Shown: positions 36,241 to 38,134 of the stretch, one piece after another | Position numbering within the stretch: position 1 is the stretch's first letter | Layout: the number at the start of each line of letters is the position of its first letter | Notes under the pieces: generated by a model | The model's input: the letters and a program-made list of their open reading frames with translations, nothing else | What the model was told of the DNA's origin: nothing | The model's database searches: none | Origin: an uncultured bacterium | GTDB lineage: Bacteria > Patescibacteriota > Minisyncoccia > Phycocordibacterales > PALSA-1337 | Reading direction: 5' to 3' | NCBI GenBank assembly: GCA_903902315.1 | Contig: CAIUUK010000043.1 | Span: 1-38,134, forward strand | Length of the DNA: 38,134 nucleotides | Program-made: the position numbers and the translations under genes

Positions 36241-37998
36241 ATGTCAATCAAGAAATTTATTTCTACTTACAAAGTGTGGACTGGTGTCATAATTGTCGCC
36301 ATAATTTTTGGTGGTTATGAAATATACAGTCTAACTCACAATTCTGTAGGTACACCACAATACACCGTAGCTCGTGCTCGAATAGGAAGCATCATTCAAA
36401 CCGTAACTGGTACTGGACAAGTTTCTGCATCAAATCAACTAGATCTTACGAGTCAGGTTTCTGGAATGATTAAATCTATAGATGTTAAAGTCGGTCAACA
36501 AGTTAATTCTGGCGACCTCATAGCAACTATTGATGCAACAAATGCTCTAAATAGTTTAAACAATGCAAAACTTTCTCTTGCCAAATTAACTGAATCAGCA
36601 AAACCAGGAGACATTTCAAATGCTCAAAATAGTGTTGTTCAATCATATGATTCCGCTTTCAATTCAGTTTCTTCAGCATTTACAGATTTACCGAATGTTA
36701 TTTCAGGAATGAAGGACTTACTTTATGGACAAACAGGATTCTTGAGTGACCAGCGTTCTACATATTTGTCATCTACTGCTCGCACAGACCGCGATCAAGC
36801 TGGCCTTAGTTATGATCAAGTGGTGGCGCAATACAATACAGTTATAAATGAATACAGAAACACAACCAGAACCAGCGCCACAAGCAGTATAAACACTCTT
36901 GTTTACGACTCATATAACATGGTGAAGAACATGGCTGATGCTTTAAAAAATACACAAAATACCCTAACCTTCATCTCCACAACTCAACCTGATTACAATG
37001 TAAAAGACGCAACGGCTGCAGAAGCAAATGTTAATTCATGGTCAAGTCAAATCAATTCAGACCTTGCATCGATCGTTTCTTCACAAAATAGTATTCAGAG
37101 CACATCAAACACGCTCAACAATCTCATTATTGGTACTGACCCACTCGATGTTCAATCTGCTCAATTATCCTTACAACAAGCCGAACAAACTTACTCTAAT
37201 TATTTTATCCGGGCACCATTTGATGGCATAATTGGTCGTATTCCTGTAAATGTATACGGCCAAGCAAGTGGTTCAACTGTGATAGCAACAATTATCGGTA
37301 ATCAGAAAATTGCAACACTTTCTCTGAATGAGGTCGATGCTGCAACTGTTAAGACTGGCGATCCTGTAACTCTAACTTTTGATGCTATAAACAATTTCAC
37401 GGCTACAGGAACTGTTTCTGAAGTTGACTTGGTCGGTACTGTTAGTTCTGGTGTTGTAACATATGCAGTGAAAGTCACTATAAGCACAAATGATGCGCAG
37501 ATAAATCCAGGCATGAGCGTAAACGCCATCATCACGACACAAGAAATAGATAATGTTCTAGTTGTTCCTTCAGCTGCAGTAAAAACTCAAGGTAAACAAA
37601 GCTACGTTCAGGTGATCGATCCAACTATTGTCACCCAATATATTTCAACTTTGGCATCCGCTAATGGAGCAATCACAGGCTCATCAACCAGACAAGCTTC
37701 GACTACACGCCAACTCGGTGGTAATCAATTTGCTTCATCAACGTATCGTGGCCAAGGACGCATAGCTAATCTAACTATCAGCTCTGATGTCATTCCTACG
37801 AGTCATACAGTAACTATCGGATCAACTGACAGCACAAACACTGAGATCCAAAGCGGTCTAACTGCCGGAGAATGGGTTGTTACAAAGACCACAACTGCTT
37901 CAGCTACTACCGCAAAAACGACGACGGCTCCAAGCCTTTTGAGTAGCATTGGCGCTGGCGGACGAGGCGGAGGCGGTGGCATACGTCCAGGCAACTAA
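36241..37998 (+). CDS. Efflux membrane-fusion protein (HlyD/MacA-like)
   Basis: TM, SGMIKSIDVKVGQQV..GD lipoyl half, coiled coil, IRAPFDG, PGMSV, VPSAAV, EIQSGL. Confidence 0.88.
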   Translation: MSIKKFISTYKVWTGVIIVAIIFGGYEIYSLTHNSVGTPQYTVARARIGSIIQTVTGTGQVSASNQLDLTSQVSGMIKSIDVKVGQQVNSGDLIATIDATNALNSLNNAKLSLAKLTESAKPGDISNAQNSVVQSYDSAFNSVSSAFTDLPNVISGMKDLLYGQTGFLSDQRSTYLSSTARTDRDQAGLSYDQVVAQYNTVINEYRNTTRTSATSSINTLVYDSYNMVKNMADALKNTQNTLTFISTTQPDYNVKDATAAEANVNSWSSQINSDLASIVSSQNSIQSTSNTLNNLIIGTDPLDVQSAQLSLQQAEQTYSNYFIRAPFDGIIGRIPVNVYGQASGSTVIATIIGNQKIATLSLNEVDAATVKTGDPVTLTFDAINNFTATGTVSEVDLVGTVSSGVVTYAVKVTISTNDAQINPGMSVNAIITTQEIDNVLVVPSAAVKTQGKQSYVQVIDPTIVTQYISTLASANGAITGSSTRQASTTRQLGGNQFASSTYRGQGRIANLTISSDVIPTSHTVTIGSTDSTNTEIQSGLTAGEWVVTKTTTASATTAKTTTAPSLLSSIGAGGRGGGGGIRPGN

Positions 37999-38004
37999 AC
38001 GTTT

Positions 38005-38134
38005 ATGATTGAAATAAAAAACATTACCAAAACCTATGTGAACGGAGACAATGAAACACACGCTCTTCGTGGTGCTTCATTCACGATTAACGATGGCGAA
38101 TTCGTCGCTATCATGGGACCTTCTGGATCAGGCA
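38005..38134 (+). CDS. ABC transporter ATP-binding protein (LolD/MacB-like), truncated by window end
   Basis: [11 protein letters not shown]...[21 protein letters not shown] Walker A. Confidence 0.9.
   Translation, partial: MIEIKNITKTYVNGDNETHALRGASFTINDGEFVAIMGPSGSG

Overview
AT-rich bacterial chromosomal segment (code 11). It is most likely from a Patescibacteria/CPR genome (Parcubacteria-like); this is inferred from gene content, not from a search. Housekeeping genes: class II ribonucleotide reductase nrdJ, a strongly shortened pyruvate kinase, 2-hydroxyacid dehydrogenase, Nudix hydrolase, a VirB4/TraD-like ATPase, secG, a peptide-binding SBP, rnj, rplY, fba, PfkB kinase, tgt, LOG, an RRM protein, gatB, cyclophilin, nrnA, msrA/msrB, and an ECF sigma plus MacAB-like efflux operon that runs off the right end. 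Around tRNA-Ser(GGA) lies an accessory patch (about 8.6-14 kb) with gene scars, a partial tRNA duplicate, a RelE/RHH toxin-antitoxin pair and a sedolisin. Two type IV pilin-LamG genes flank fba/pfkB. Most notable unannotated signals: (i) pervasive leaderless-type promoters (-10 box 6-9 nt before ATG); (ii) a candidate structured sRNA with its own promoter and terminator (8892-9063); (iii) a 20-bp palindrome repeated between genes and inside gatB, plus other short in-frame insertions in core enzymes; (iv) a 43-aa K/R-rich microprotein; (v) domain-deleted pyruvate kinase and MsrA; (vi) a structured 5'UTR on the RRM gene; (vii) an 11-bp-periodic array; (viii) a recurrent A-S/T-S/T-T motif in exported proteins. 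No CRISPR array, rRNA, integrase or transposase was seen. All family calls come from motif recognition only.
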